The notes under the pieces were generated by a model, which saw only the letters and a program-made list of their open reading frames with translations, made no database searches and was not told where the DNA came from. 64,000 nucleotides of DNA. Source: Octopus vulgaris. Lineage: Eukaryota. The stretch is taken from NCBI GenBank assembly GCA_951406725.2, contig OX597834.1, forward strand, positions 37,076,001 through 37,140,000, read 5' to 3'. How positions within the stretch are numbered: position 1 is the stretch's first letter; each line of letters opens with the position of its first letter. Below, in pieces: positions 13,852 to 26,912 of this stretch. A program made the translations under genes and the position numbers.

Positions 13852-14065
13852 GTGTGTATATATATATATATATATCTGCACACACATGCATATAAATATA
13901 CAAACATCCGTACATACGTATATATATACACATGTTATCTTCAAAGTTCCTGGCTCCGTGGTCCAAGCCAATTATTTTAACGGCCACATGTATTGGAATA
14001 TAGATTATTCCATGATACCTGTACTGCTGTGAATAGATATGATGTGTGTGTGTATGTGTGTATGC

Positions 14066-14126
<61 letters not shown>

Positions 14127-14303
14127 TATGTATGTATATGTCTGCATGTGTATATATATATATATATATGAATGTATGTATGTTTATTATATATATATAT
14201 ATATACACATGTATGTATAATGTACGCATGTATCCGTGTGTTCATATGACTGTATCCTGCATATCTATGTAGGGTTGAAGTTAGTTCTTAATATTTATAC
14301 GAT

Positions 14304-14341
<38 letters not shown>

Positions 14342-14581
14342 GTTATGTATATATAAATACACGAATACATGTGTATGTGTGTATGTGTGTGTATAAACCA
14401 CAAAGTCAATATGTGTGCATATGTGTATGTGTGTATGAGAGCGAGAGAGAGAGAGATAGAAGGCAAGGAAGACCTGTGGGTTGTTTTTATTCGTATTTAT
14501 AAAGAAATATGTAAATACCGATTGACGTTTATGTACTTGTATGTGTATCGGAAACTTTATTCATGTACATGTGCATGTGTT

Positions 14582-14625
<44 letters not shown>

Positions 14626-14628
14626 ATT

Positions 14629-14660
<32 letters not shown>

Positions 14661-14823
14661 TACATACATACATACGTACATACATGCATACATGCATACA
14701 TATATACGTGCATACATACGTAGATGTACATATACTTATGCACGTGTATATGTTTGTTCGTGTTTGCATTACAAAAATGTATCAAAATTAGCCTCCCTTC
14801 ACAACAACAAGAGATTTCCATTC

Positions 14824-14879
14824 AGTTCCACAGTGTTTTTGTGTTTCATTCAGAAGTGGACGACCGGCGCTAGAACTTG
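14824..14879 (+). other. Candidate non-coding exon 1 of a small gene (left arm)
   Basis: Initiator-like TCAGTT at 14822-14827 and strong donor TTG|GTAAGA at 14880. A same-length 56-nt counterpart lies at 45891-45946 (minus). Confidence 0.35.
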
Positions 14880-14927
14880 GTAAGATGCCACCGCCATTAT
14901 TAAGTTAGGGACATCCGTTGTATAAAT

Positions 14928-15022
<95 letters not shown>

Positions 15023-15177
15023 CGAAAACAGATCCTCATGCATACACAGACACACACCACACACATACACGCACATACACACACACACAAATGGTAAAAC
15101 TAAAGCGTTTATATTTAGACACGGTAAGTAAAACCGACTTAAGAACGACACGTTCCTGACGGACATCCGTTCACGTG

Positions 15178-15260
<83 letters not shown>

Positions 15261-15339
15261 TTTATCTTTTCCTTGTTCGGCATTCTTTATTTTTTCTCCT
15301 ATTTTTGTACATATATATATATATGTATGTATGAGTATA

Positions 15340-15397
<58 letters not shown>

Positions 15398-15439
15398 CAT
15401 ATATATATATGCACACACACACATATATATATATATATA

Positions 15440-15476
<37 letters not shown>

Positions 15477-15578
15477 CATGTATGTATGTATGTATATATA
15501 TATATATATATATACATATGTTAGGGACATCCGTTGTATACATACATACACACATATATACATACATACATACATACA

Positions 15579-15658
<80 letters not shown>

Positions 15659-15910
15659 AAAACAGATCCTCATGCATATATATATATATTTATAATATAT
15701 AAAGGACATTTCGATCTGCTAGAATTTCTGTGCCTGATCGATAAATTCGTTGAATATATTTATTTCTTCAGTATTCATTATACAGTCGAAGACATTTGTA
15801 TTTATTTATTTATTTTGTTTACGTTTAGGTTTGTCAGTTTTTTTTTGTCAGATAAAGAATACGGAATTTGGCTACGTTTTAGATTAGCGTAGTTTCCTTT
15901 TTGGCTCAGC

Positions 15911-16018
15911 ATGGCTCCGTTAGAATTGGCTGGTCTGGAAATCTTCGTTGGGATCTTAGTTGTGGTTTTACCGGTAATCTCATATTTCTATTTATATTAT
16001 TTGTTAGCAACGACCTGA
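15911..16018 (+). CDS. Candidate hydrophobic small ORF / signal-anchor exon MAPLELAGLEIFVGILVVVLP(VISYFYLYYLLATT*)
   Basis: Acceptor tttttttgtcag ends at 15851; AGCATGG start context; phase-0 donor CCG|GTAAT at 15974; the frame is conserved in the right arm. Confidence 0.3.
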   Translation: MAPLELAGLEIFVGILVVVLPVISYFYLYYLLATT

Positions 16019-16228
16019 CGTTGTTTAACACTGACCGATTCAGATCGAGTTAGATAACTTGGTCAAATGTATTCTTTCTGTGAACATTCTGTCTTTAGAA
16101 GAGTTTGGTCACAGATTAAAATGGCGTGCCGTTTGAAGGAGACTGGATTCGTATTTCTTAGAAGGTCAGGCGATCATATAAAAGTTATCTGAGTGTTACA
16201 TAAATAATGAAGTCAAACCAAGTAATAA

Positions 16229-16304
16229 TATTTTGAAATCATTTAATACGAGCGTTTCAGCATCCATTACGTAATACCTTCTTCAGTTAAAACATTTCAA
16301 AATA
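16229..16304 (-). ncRNA. Type I hammerhead ribozyme (minimal helix III), left arm
   Basis: Minus strand reads TTTAA-CTGAAGA-aggtattacgtaatggatgct-GAAA-CGCTCG-TA-TTAAA. Helix I extends past an internal loop via TATTTTGAAAT/ATTTCAAAATA. Confidence 0.7.
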
Positions 16305-16514
16305 AGATTCACTTGACGTTAGTATTGCAATATTTTAAAATTTCGATATATACATTAAAATTTCATTTACAGGGATGAATGTAGCCTCGAAATAGTTTCG
16401 CACTTCTCGAGAAACATCAGCTAAATTTCCTTCACATAACATCTTAAAAACAGCATATTGGATAAATTTAATCGTAGATATTATACCTGTGATTATAATA
16501 TATGTTTAATTATA

Positions 16515-16870
16515 GACGCAATCATGGCTGTGTCGTTAAGAAGCTCGCTTCGAAACTACATGCTTTCTGGTTCAGTTCCTCTGCGCGGCTCCTTGAGCAA
16601 ATGTCTTTTACTGTGATCCGCGAGTTGACCAACAGCATATAAGTTACTTTGGCTGCCGGAAACTTTGTGGAAGCCCGTCCTATATATTGTTTGTATATGC
16701 GTGTGTCTTCGTGTCTGTGTGTGTCTGTGTTTGGCAACCTGCCTTTGTTTACGTTCCGGTGAAAGAGGCCGGTAGAATAAAGAAAAATACATCTTTAATA
16801 CTGGGAGTCGATTTGTTCGACTAAAACCCTTCGATGCGGTACCCCAGCATGGCCGAAGTCGAATGACTGA
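16515..16870 (+). mobile_element. Old SINE family B copy, shared with right arm (43620-43960, minus)
   Basis: Both copies share non-consensus variants (gaaactacatgcttt; caaatgtcttttactgt) at corresponding arm positions. Confidence 0.7.
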
Positions 16871-17142
16871 ATATAACTAAAGCCCTAGCAGTTCTTTCTG
16901 TCCGATGAATGTTAATTTGAAAGAAAACACCAAGAGCAATCGAATTTTAATATTCATCAAATAATATATGAATGTGATTGGCCTTCATTATATTCGTATC
17001 TCACACAAACGAACGAGATATGAACGAGATTTGGCAAGAAAGAAATAAGATGGCATATACGATGTCTTCTCATGAAGTGCCAAGTTGCCTGTCTGGATAT
17101 AGACACCATTCTAGTACTGTAGTTAGAATTTATATATATATA

Positions 17143-17372
17143 TTTCTTTACTGCCCTCAAGGGGCTAAACATAGAGGGGACAAACAAGGGCAGACAAAGG
17201 GATTAAGTCGATTACATCGACCCAGTGCGAAACTGGTACTTTATTTATCGACCCCGAGAGGATGAAAGGCAAAGTTGACCTCGGCGGAATTTGAACTCAG
17301 AACGTAACGGCAGACGAAATACGGCTACGCATTTCGCCCTGCGTGCTAACGATTCTGCCAGCTCGCCGCCTT
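17143..17372 (-). mobile_element. SINE family A, full length
   Basis: From tttctttactgcc to the head ctgccagctcgccgcctt. Confidence 0.85.
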
Positions 17373-18011
17373 AAAAAACAAACTCATATTGTAAGATGCT
17401 TTTATATCTTATGAAATCTGAATATTCATTTGTGTTAATTCACTAAATTCTATCTTCGTTATCTTCTAGCATCTCCTCCCTCGTCAGCGCTCAAGTAAAT
17501 GAGAATCCTGTATTATATTTCGAATGAACGACTAAATAAATATAATGATATCTACATATGCATATATATATGTATACCTACCTACATCCACATAAGCATG
17601 CACACACACACACAAACACACACACACATACATACGTATGCGCTCACACGCATACACTCAAATATGTACATATAAAATATCTATATACGTATGTAACATA
17701 TATTTCGCTGTTGTCATGGTGATATTCAGTGGTGGTCAGTATTTCCCAAATTTTAATCTCAATTGTCTGGAAAATCTTTAATTCTCGCGGTGTTTCTTAA
17801 TTTATGTGCAAAAGCTTGACCCACGGACGCCCTTCGATGCTTTGCGGTCAGCAAATGCTATTTTATGGATTCGTATATATGTATGTAGGTATGTATGTAT
17901 GTATGTATGTATGTATGTATGTATGTATGTATGTATGTATGTATGTATGTATGTTTGTTTGTATGTATTTATGAATGTATGTATGTATGTATGTATGTAT
18001 GTATGTATGTA

Positions 18012-18044
<33 letters not shown>

Positions 18045-18164
18045 ATGTATGTATGTATGTATGTATGCGTGTATGTTTGTGTATGTATGTCTCCAATTAT
18101 GTATATATGTATCCTTGTTATTGTATATGTTTTCTTTTCTTTTCTTTTACTTGTTTCAGTCAGA

Positions 18165-19470
18165 GAGAGAGGACAAACAAGGACAGACAAACGGATTAAG
18201 TCAATTATATCGACCCCAGTGCGTAACAGGTACTTATTTAATCGATCCCGAAAGGATGAAAGGCAAAGTCGATCTCGGCGGAATTTGAACTCAGAACGTA
18301 GCGACAGACGAAATACCGCTAAGCATTCCGTCCAGCGCGTTAACGATTCAGCGCGTTAACGAAATCATAAGGAATTTTTTTTTTCCTTTTCTCATTTCAG
18401 GTGAAGCTAAAAATATTTCGCTTTAACCAGGCAAATTTATAAACCATTATCGGGCAAATGAAATTCTTCCAAACTCCAGTTAGGATTATTTACTTTCGAA
18501 ATTACTTTTCGGTCACCAAGTTTTTTTTTTCTCTTTTGTTTGCACAATTGTTGCTGTTGCTGTTGCTGTTGTCTTATTCTATCTCAGCATTAAACAAGAA
18601 AACCTACTTAAACAATATCAACTGGTATTTATTTTATCAACCCAGAAAGGATGAAAGACAATATCAACCTCGAAGGCATTTTAAACTCAGAACATAAAGA
18701 CCTGGAAAGGGTGGCGACCTGGCAGAAACGTTAGCACGCCGGGCGAAATGCTTAGCGGTAGTTCGTCTGCCGTTACGTTGTGAGTTCAAATTCCGCCGAG
18801 GTCGACTTTGCCTTTCATCCTTTCGTGGTCGATAAATTAAGTACCAGTTAAGCACTGGGGTCGATATAATCGACTTAATACCTATGTCTGTCCTTGTTTG
18901 TCTCCTCTATGTTTAGCCCCTTGTGGGTAGTAAAGAAATAGGTATTTCATCTGCCGCTACGTTCTGAGTTCAAATTCCGCCGGGGTCAACTTTACCAAAC
19001 TTAATCCGTTTGTCTGTTCTTGTTTGCCCCCTCTGTGTTTAGCCCCTTGTGGGTAGTAAAGAAATAGGTATTTCATCTGCCGCTACGTTCTGAGTTCAAA
19101 TTCCGCCGAGGTCGACTTTACCAAACTTAATCCGTTTGTCTGTCCTTGTTTGTCCCCTCTGTGTTTGTCCCCGCCGTGGTCGACTTAACCTTTCATCCTT
19201 TCGGGGTCGATTAAATAAGTACCAGTTACGCACTGAGGTCGATTGCATCGACCCCGAAAGGATGAAAAGTAAAGTCGACCTCGGCGGAATTTGAACTTAG
19301 AACGTAGCGGCAGACGAAATACCTGTTTCTTTACTACCCACAAGGGGATAAACACAGAGAGGACAAATAAGGACAGACAAAGGGATTAAGTCGATTATAT
19401 CGACCTCAGTTCGTAACTGGTACTTATTTAATCGACCCCGAAAGGATGAAAGGCAAAGTCGACCTCGGTT
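18165..19470. mobile_element. Cluster of SINE family A copies in both orientations
   Basis: Minus copies at 18165-18350, 18620-18700 and 19245-19470; plus multimer at 18708-19245. Confidence 0.8.
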
Positions 19471-21059
19471 GTACTCTTTCGCCAAAACTTTCTCTCACTC
19501 TCTCTTTCTGTTTCTTGAGTGACACTGCGATGGACTGGCGTCCCATCCAGCTGGGGAAGAATACATACGCCACAGAAACTGGGAAACCGGGCCCATGAGT
19601 GGAAAAAATGGATGGATGAATGGGTAGCATCAGCTCAGCTATATGCATCTTTCACAGCACGAAAAAGATAAATATACAAAGGAAGTAAAAAAAACCCACT
19701 TATTTCTTGAGAAAAAAAAAAGATAAATAATAAAATTCTCAGATTTCTCGCGGAATAAAAGCATAAACATAATAAATATTGTGACAACATCAAAAAATAG
19801 ACTCAATTAAATTATTGCAGGCCGATCAAACATTACAAATTCTATACATAGAAACAGTTATAACAAGCCAGGCAATTATTTTTCTATTGATATCAAAAAT
19901 TCTCAGCTTAATTATCGCTGGACCAGTTAAAGATTTCAGAATTGTTCCAGTTTGACAAGGGATTTGATCTGAGATCATATGTTGAGACCGTAATAATTGC
20001 TTTGTGCTGAGAAGTTTGCTATTTTCATAAACAGTAATATAAAAATATTGTTTTTCTGTAAATTTTCTGATTGCTTTAGATAACAGCTGGGAATGTAAAT
20101 TTTGATAGAAAATCACAAGGATTACATTTAAGTGGGTCGGTTCTAGTTTATGTACTTAGTAACCTGACAACAGGATTTTTATCTGTAAATATAAAATTTT
20201 AAAATAACGAAGAGAATGAACTTAATAGAAAATCATTATTAGCGTGCAGGTTTGAAAGGTAGCGTAATCAACCGTTAAGAGACCAATCTGACAGCCCGGT
20301 GTTGTAGAGGCATGAGGCTGGTTTTATACAAACACCCACCCACACACCAAACCCCTATTGAATGCCTATTTATTTCTGAATTTTTATGGGGGATTTGATC
20401 GAAAGCCAGATTAGAATTTGTCAACGCTGTTAAATATGTTAAATAAATATGGGAATACCAGAGGTTTTTCTTAATGAATTTATAGAAAAGCTTGCTTCTG
20501 ATTCTGCAGTGCGTGGTGCCACAGACGGAGGGCCTTCCATAGTAGCGGTCAGAGTATCAAACCTTTGTGATAAAGAGATACCATTATTTCCCAAAGTTCT
20601 GGCACACAGAATGATAGGCGAGGGCAGCTGCGAATCTAGATCCTCCTACTTGTAGAAGGATTTAGCAGCACGTGGGACAAGCAGAGAGACAGGACTGGTT
20701 TCTGGAAAGGAAGAATTATAATTTTCCCGTTGTGACGTCATAGGGCAGAAGAAATATTGAGAAGGAAACAATGCAGAAAGTCTCTGCGGAACCGTCTATC
20801 ACAGTTTCATTAAGGAATTCTGTTGTGTAGAACTTGATTGGTTGTCGTGAAAATGGATATTAAAGAGCTGAAGCAGCAGCAAAGGGAATTGGCTACAGAC
20901 AGATAACAAACCCGTTTGTAAAATTAATAGAATCCACCAAAACTACTTTTTTCAAGGCAGTTCCAGTATATGCGCGTTAATATCATCCCAAATACAGATG
21001 ATTCAAAATGATAGTAAAATGTACCATGTTTTTAATGTAAAACTCTGTACAGCCACGCC

Positions 21060-21603
21060 CGACAGATTAAGTCGATTATATCTACCCCAGTGCGTAACTG
21101 GTACTTAATTTATCGACCCCGAAAGGATGAAAGGTAAAGTCGACCTCGGCGGAATTGATCTCAGAACGTAAAGACTAAAGCAATACCTATTTCTTTACTA
21201 CCGACAAGGGGATAAACACAGAGAGGACAAACAAGGACAGACAAACGGATTAAGACGATTACATCGAACCTAGTGCGTAACTGGTACTTGATTTATCGAC
21301 CCCGAAAGGATGAAAGGTAAAGTCGACCTCGGCGGAATTTGAACTCAGAACGTAAAGACTAAAGCAATACCTATTTCTTTACTACCGACAAGGGTCTAAA
21401 CACAGAGAGGACAAACAAGGACAGACAAACGGATTAAGACGATTACATCGACCCCAGTGCGTAACTGGTACTTCATTTTTCGACCCCGAAAGGATGAAAG
21501 GCAAAGTCGACCTCGGCGGAATTTGAACTCAAAACGTAACGGCAGACGAAATACGGCTACTCATTTCACCCGGCGTGCTAACGTTTCTGCCAGTTCGCTG
21601 CCT
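21060..21603 (-). mobile_element. SINE family A tandem trimer
   Basis: ~178-bp internal period; the two left units share the private junction aacgtaaagactaaagcaatacc. Confidence 0.85.
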
Positions 21604-22001
21604 TCCTTAAAGAAATATATATATTAATGGTTGAATGAGTATTCCGTGGTGATGAGGTAGCGGACAAGAGTTATTCCCCCTACATTATTGGCCGCTACAC
21701 AAGACTACTTGAGTTACAAGAAATTATAAAAAATATATAAGCATTAAGTTAACAAACCGGAATCTAATACAAAAAAAAAAGAAAAAAAGAAAACAGAGTA
21801 TCGTTCACAAGGGCTGTCACGTGTTCAGAAGGTAATTCAATGTTTTACAAAAGGAAAATTTTCATTATTTTACTACAATACGTGTGTGTGTGCGCGACTG
21901 TTTCTATTTGTGTGTTTGTGTGTGTTTATATATACATATTGTACATATAAAGATATGTATTTACACACGGTGTATATATTTACATACACACACACATACA
22001 T

Positions 22002-22032
<31 letters not shown>

Positions 22033-22203
22033 GGTTGTGTGATATGAAGTTTGGTTCTTAACCACATGCCTTTTGGTTCGGTCCCACTGCGTGGTACCTT
22101 TGGCAAGTGTCCTCTGCTATAGCTACGGGCAGACCAAAGCCTTGTGAGTGGATTTGTTAGACAAAAACTGAAAGAATTTTATATACATACATACATACAT
22201 ACA

Positions 22204-22282
<79 letters not shown>

Positions 22283-22684
22283 GTATAATATTTTTTTTAT
22301 AATTATGAGTATAATTATAATTAGGTTGTAGAAGAAATAACCCCTCTCTCAAAAATTCTTGAAAATTAATGAAATTTTCAAACCTCTCCCTCCACTGCTC
22401 CAAATTTTAAAATGCAGACAGATCGAATCTGCAATTTGTTTCTCTATATAATTCTAAATAATTTTTAGACAAAAAGTTGTGTGATTTAAACGAGATTTAG
22501 CTGTTGTTTCTGACACATCCGACGACCACCTGATCCTCGTTTCTTTGTCCTTCTGACAGGTATTGATGTTTTTCAATAGTTTTCTCCTCATAAACACATT
22601 TTATGGAATGATGATGAATGGTCCATTGATAGGATTTAAGCAACAACAAAAAACTAGAGGTTTATAATAATAATAATAATGAAA

Positions 22685-23635
22685 TTATTGTATACAGTGC
22701 TCAGGTGCACCACATCTTGTCAGAAAGTGCATATAAAGTACATGCAGTAATGTAGAAATGTCTGGAAAGCGAACAATGTATGAGTCAGATACATGCTTGT
22801 GTGTGTATGAGGGGAGAAAATCAGGTGTAGTGTTGGCGAATCTCAGAAAGCATGGAAGTTTTGAAGGATGCAGTGCTCCGACGACTAACAACTGATGCCG
22901 GCAGTTTGTTCCATGCTTCAGCAACTCTCAGCGTGAAAAAATGCTTCCTGAAGTCATGGGAGCTGTGCTGTTTTCTAACGGTGTTAGATGGGTGGAGTTT
23001 GAAAAGGTGCTCAGAGTTATTGTTTGTACGATGGTTGATAATTTTATGGGTGTCTGCCAAGTCAGCTGCCAGACGTCGAAGAGTTTCAATGTGTCCATGC
23101 CCAGGGAAGTAAGGCGTTCAAGATATGGCAAATGCCTGATGGAGGGTATTCTTTTGGTTGCACGTCGCTGAACGGCTTCCAGACGATTGATATCCTGGGC
23201 AAGATAGGGGTTCCAGACCGGTGATGCAAATTCCAGGTGAGGTCTTACCATAGCTATATAAAGCCGCAGATAGCCGGAGAGCGGCTCACAAAGGATTTGG
23301 TGAATGATGCCAAGACACCCTCAGCCTTCTTGACAATTTTAGCGATGTGTTTTGTCCAACGCAAATCACTGTCGGCAATAACACCCAGGTCACGTTCACA
23401 TGAAGACTTTTGGAGACTAGTGTTGTGGAGGGAGTAGATGAACGCTGGGTTTCTCCTCCCAAAATCCATGGTGGTACATTTGTCCACAGCCAGCTTGAGT
23501 TGCCAGTCCATGATCCACTGCTGCATTGTGTCCAGGTCTGCTTGCAATAGAGATCTACAGTGTACAGGATTTGACCTCTTTATTTCGAGGTACAGCTTGA
23601 TGTCATCTGCATATTTCAACACTGTGGCATTAAAT
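22685..23635 (-). mobile_element. CR1-like LINE, 5'-truncated RT and C-terminus with 3' (ATT)n tail
   Basis: LKYADDIKLY...CERDLGVIADSDLRW...VRPHLEFASPVWNPYLAQDINRLEAVQRRATK...RKHFFTLRVAEAWNKLP, with frameshifts. Confidence 0.9.
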
Positions 23636-24314
23636 TTTTAATCCCCCGAGAAAAGCGAAAAATAAAAGATATAGACAAATACAGAGATCTTTTTCTGTTG
23701 CTATCACAGATTTTGAAAATTAAAAACTAAATGAAAATTTTCAAATTTGGTATATTGGTGAACTTTTCCAGGCTGAACTTGAGTTTGTGATGTATTTATT
23801 GCAGAAATTTTTTAAGAAAACTTTACAGAGGTTTAAAGTTTGATCATGTTTACCCAATCAGAAAATAGGATTAAAGCCTAGCATTTTGTGCATGACTAGC
23901 TCTGTATCATGAAATGAAAGTAAACAATAGAAGACGACGTTATAAACAAGATGAAAGTAATGCGTGAGAATTAGTCCATATACAAATAGAGAGAGGGAGA
24001 GAGAGAGACGAGGAGGAGGATAGAGAGGGTGACAAAGAGAGTGGTAAATATATGGAGAGTGATAGATTGACGGTGACAAATAGTGTAAGATTTGCTGATC
24101 TAAAAGGTGAGCTTTTTCTCGAAGCAAATTATATTCTATTATTATCATTTACGGACGACGTTCTCACTGAGACGTAGATTTCGCAAATTAAATTCGTTTT
24201 CTTCGAAGCCGCACCGTTTCAGAGCCTTACGGGGCTAAACATGCATACGTAACAAGATATATTATTTAATTGCAGCACTTCAAAGATGTGGCCACACACC
24301 TTTACACTCACATA

Positions 24315-24375
<61 letters not shown>

Positions 24376-24907
24376 CACAAGACATAACACATGAACTGTA
24401 TGTTAAAGTAATGCTTAATTTTAAAGCGAGCTTAAACGGAACTCATCGTGTGATTCTCTTAAAAGTAGAATCAAATTTATCGTGAAGATCAAATTGACTA
24501 GGCCTATAGGCTTCCTCAAACTGTACGCGTGCACGCACACAAACACACACACAAACACACACACACACGCTTGCTTGCACATACACACATATACACGCAC
24601 ACAGACAGTATATTATGTGTTGTATTTATTAAAATAAAATGTAGGCTTCCTCGAAATGGGTTGACTTCGTATGCAAAAACTAGGAAGGATGCATCTTCTC
24701 TCATTTAGATTTCTCGTTGAAGTTTGTTTATCTTCTCAAGTTACAACATATGTATGTATGTATGTATGTGTGTGTGTGTGTGTGTGTGTGAGTGTGTGTT
24801 TGTGTGTTGTGTGTGTGTGTAAGCGTGTGTGTGTGTGTGTCGGTAGATAGATATAAATATATAGATAGACAAATAGATGTATATAAATATAAATTCATAT
24901 TAATGTT

Positions 24908-24964
<57 letters not shown>

Positions 24965-24971
24965 CACCACC

Positions 24972-25014
<43 letters not shown>

Positions 25015-25046
25015 ATACTGCTGCTGCTGCTGCTGCTGCTACTACA

Positions 25047-25094
<48 letters not shown>

Positions 25095-25523
25095 GCCACT
25101 GCTACTACTACTAATGCTACTACTACTGTTCATCAATCTGTTCTGATTCGCTTGTCTCTAAGAAAGTTGACCTCGGGTATGGTTAAATGGTTGACGTCAG
25201 GGTCCTAAAATAACAACATCAACAACATCAACAACAGAAACAGCAGCAACAACAGCAACAACAACAACAACAGTGATTTCTTTCAAGAGATGATGCCCGC
25301 TCCATTCCTTCATTGTGGAGGTTTTGTGAAGATAAGAGACCGGGTTGACGGCCGAGTCGAGGAATCTTCCCCAAAAAGCTATCACTGTAGGTTGTTTGTT
25401 TATGTAAACTCTTTGTAAATTAGGATCTTATTTCGAATGAAAAATGCTTACCTGAAATTATATACACATACACACACACATACATATACGCCCCCAATAT
25501 ACACACATGTATACATATGTGTG

Positions 25524-25554
<31 letters not shown>

Positions 25555-25621
25555 TGTTTATATATAAATATATATACATATATATATAAACATATATATA
25601 TATATATATGTATATATATGT

Positions 25622-25663
<42 letters not shown>

Positions 25664-25866
25664 GTGTATGTATAGATATATATGTAGATGTATGTATGCG
25701 TGTATGCATATATATATCTATATATCCATGTGTATATGTATGCAGGTATGTTTTTATATATATGTATATATATATATATATACATATATACGTGTATATG
25801 TATGCATGTATATATATATGTATGTGTATATATATATATATATATATACGTGTGTATGTATGTATG

Positions 25867-25905
<39 letters not shown>

Positions 25906-25963
25906 GTGTATGTATATATGTATAGACACAAATGTGTATGTGTCGATATATGTATGTTTGTAT

Positions 25964-26007
<44 letters not shown>

Positions 26008-26775
26008 GTGTGTCTGTATAGATAAATGAATGTATGTATAGATATATGTATGTATTATGTATGTTTGTATGTATGTATGTGTGTATGTATGTATGTATGT
26101 GTGTATGTGTGTGTGTGTGTGTGTATGTATGTGTGTGTGTGTGTGATATGAGCTGCTGTTGAATCTTTCCATTTGCTGGCAGCAAATTACGTAATTCTGC
26201 TCCCTTTTTTCTTTTTTTTTTTTTGTTCTTCCCTCGTTACACTTGAGTTGCTACGATATCGGCGCTTGGAACGGACGAAGCGATAAATCTCCACCACCAC
26301 CACTACCACCACCACCACCACACCACCACCACCACCACCACCACCACCACCACCACCACCACCACCACCACTACCACCACCAGCACCAGCACCACCACCA
26401 CCACCACCACTACCACCACCACCACTACCATCACCACCACCACCACCTCCACCACAACCACCACCACCACCACCACCACCATCACAACCACCACCACCAC
26501 CACCACCACCATCACCACCACCATAACCACCACCACCACCACCACTACCACTGCACCCATCATCATCAACATCATCGTAATGGTTTTAAATTCTTGCCAC
26601 AAGGCCAGCAATTTCGGTGCAGGAGCTAAGTCGATTATTTCGACCTCATTACATGACTGGTACTTTGATACTTATTTTATCGACCCCCACCCCCAAACGG
26701 ATGAAAGGCAAACTCAGCTCGGTGGAAATTGAACTACTACTACTACTACTACTACGACAGCTGCTGCTGCTGCTG

Positions 26776-26809
<34 letters not shown>

Positions 26810-26871
26810 GAAAGCTGCTGCTGCTGCTGCTACTACCACTACTACTGCTGCTGCTGCTGCTACTCCTCCTC

Positions 26872-26912
<41 letters not shown>

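Larger units (their letters stand above)
3480..21005 (+). repeat. Left arm of large inverted segmental duplication
   Basis: Collinear reverse-complement matches to 39480-55410: 4066-4325/54843-55116, 4870-5730/52918-53770, 8970-9160/49550-49740, 11855-12330/48345-48825, 13000-13560/46975-47530, 14790-14920/45850-45980, 15740-16500/44260-45450, 19720-21005/39480-40770. Confidence 0.9.

Noticed and set aside
18420-18465. Resemblance to the array hammerhead's helix II insertion (tttaaccagg...accatta...gcaaatgaaa)
   Set aside because: Short and AT-rich, and the flanking ribozyme elements are absent; probably chance.
19826-20116. 96-aa ORF conserved at 40362-40652, with TATAAAA upstream (40150)
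   Set aside because: GTG start, no homology, and openness in both copies is expected from near-identity of the arms. Splice signals favour the opposite strand.
20449-20655. ATDGGPSIV resembling the hAT transposase TDGAPSM motif
   Set aside because: Single short motif, no intact CxxH and no TIRs; too weak to call.
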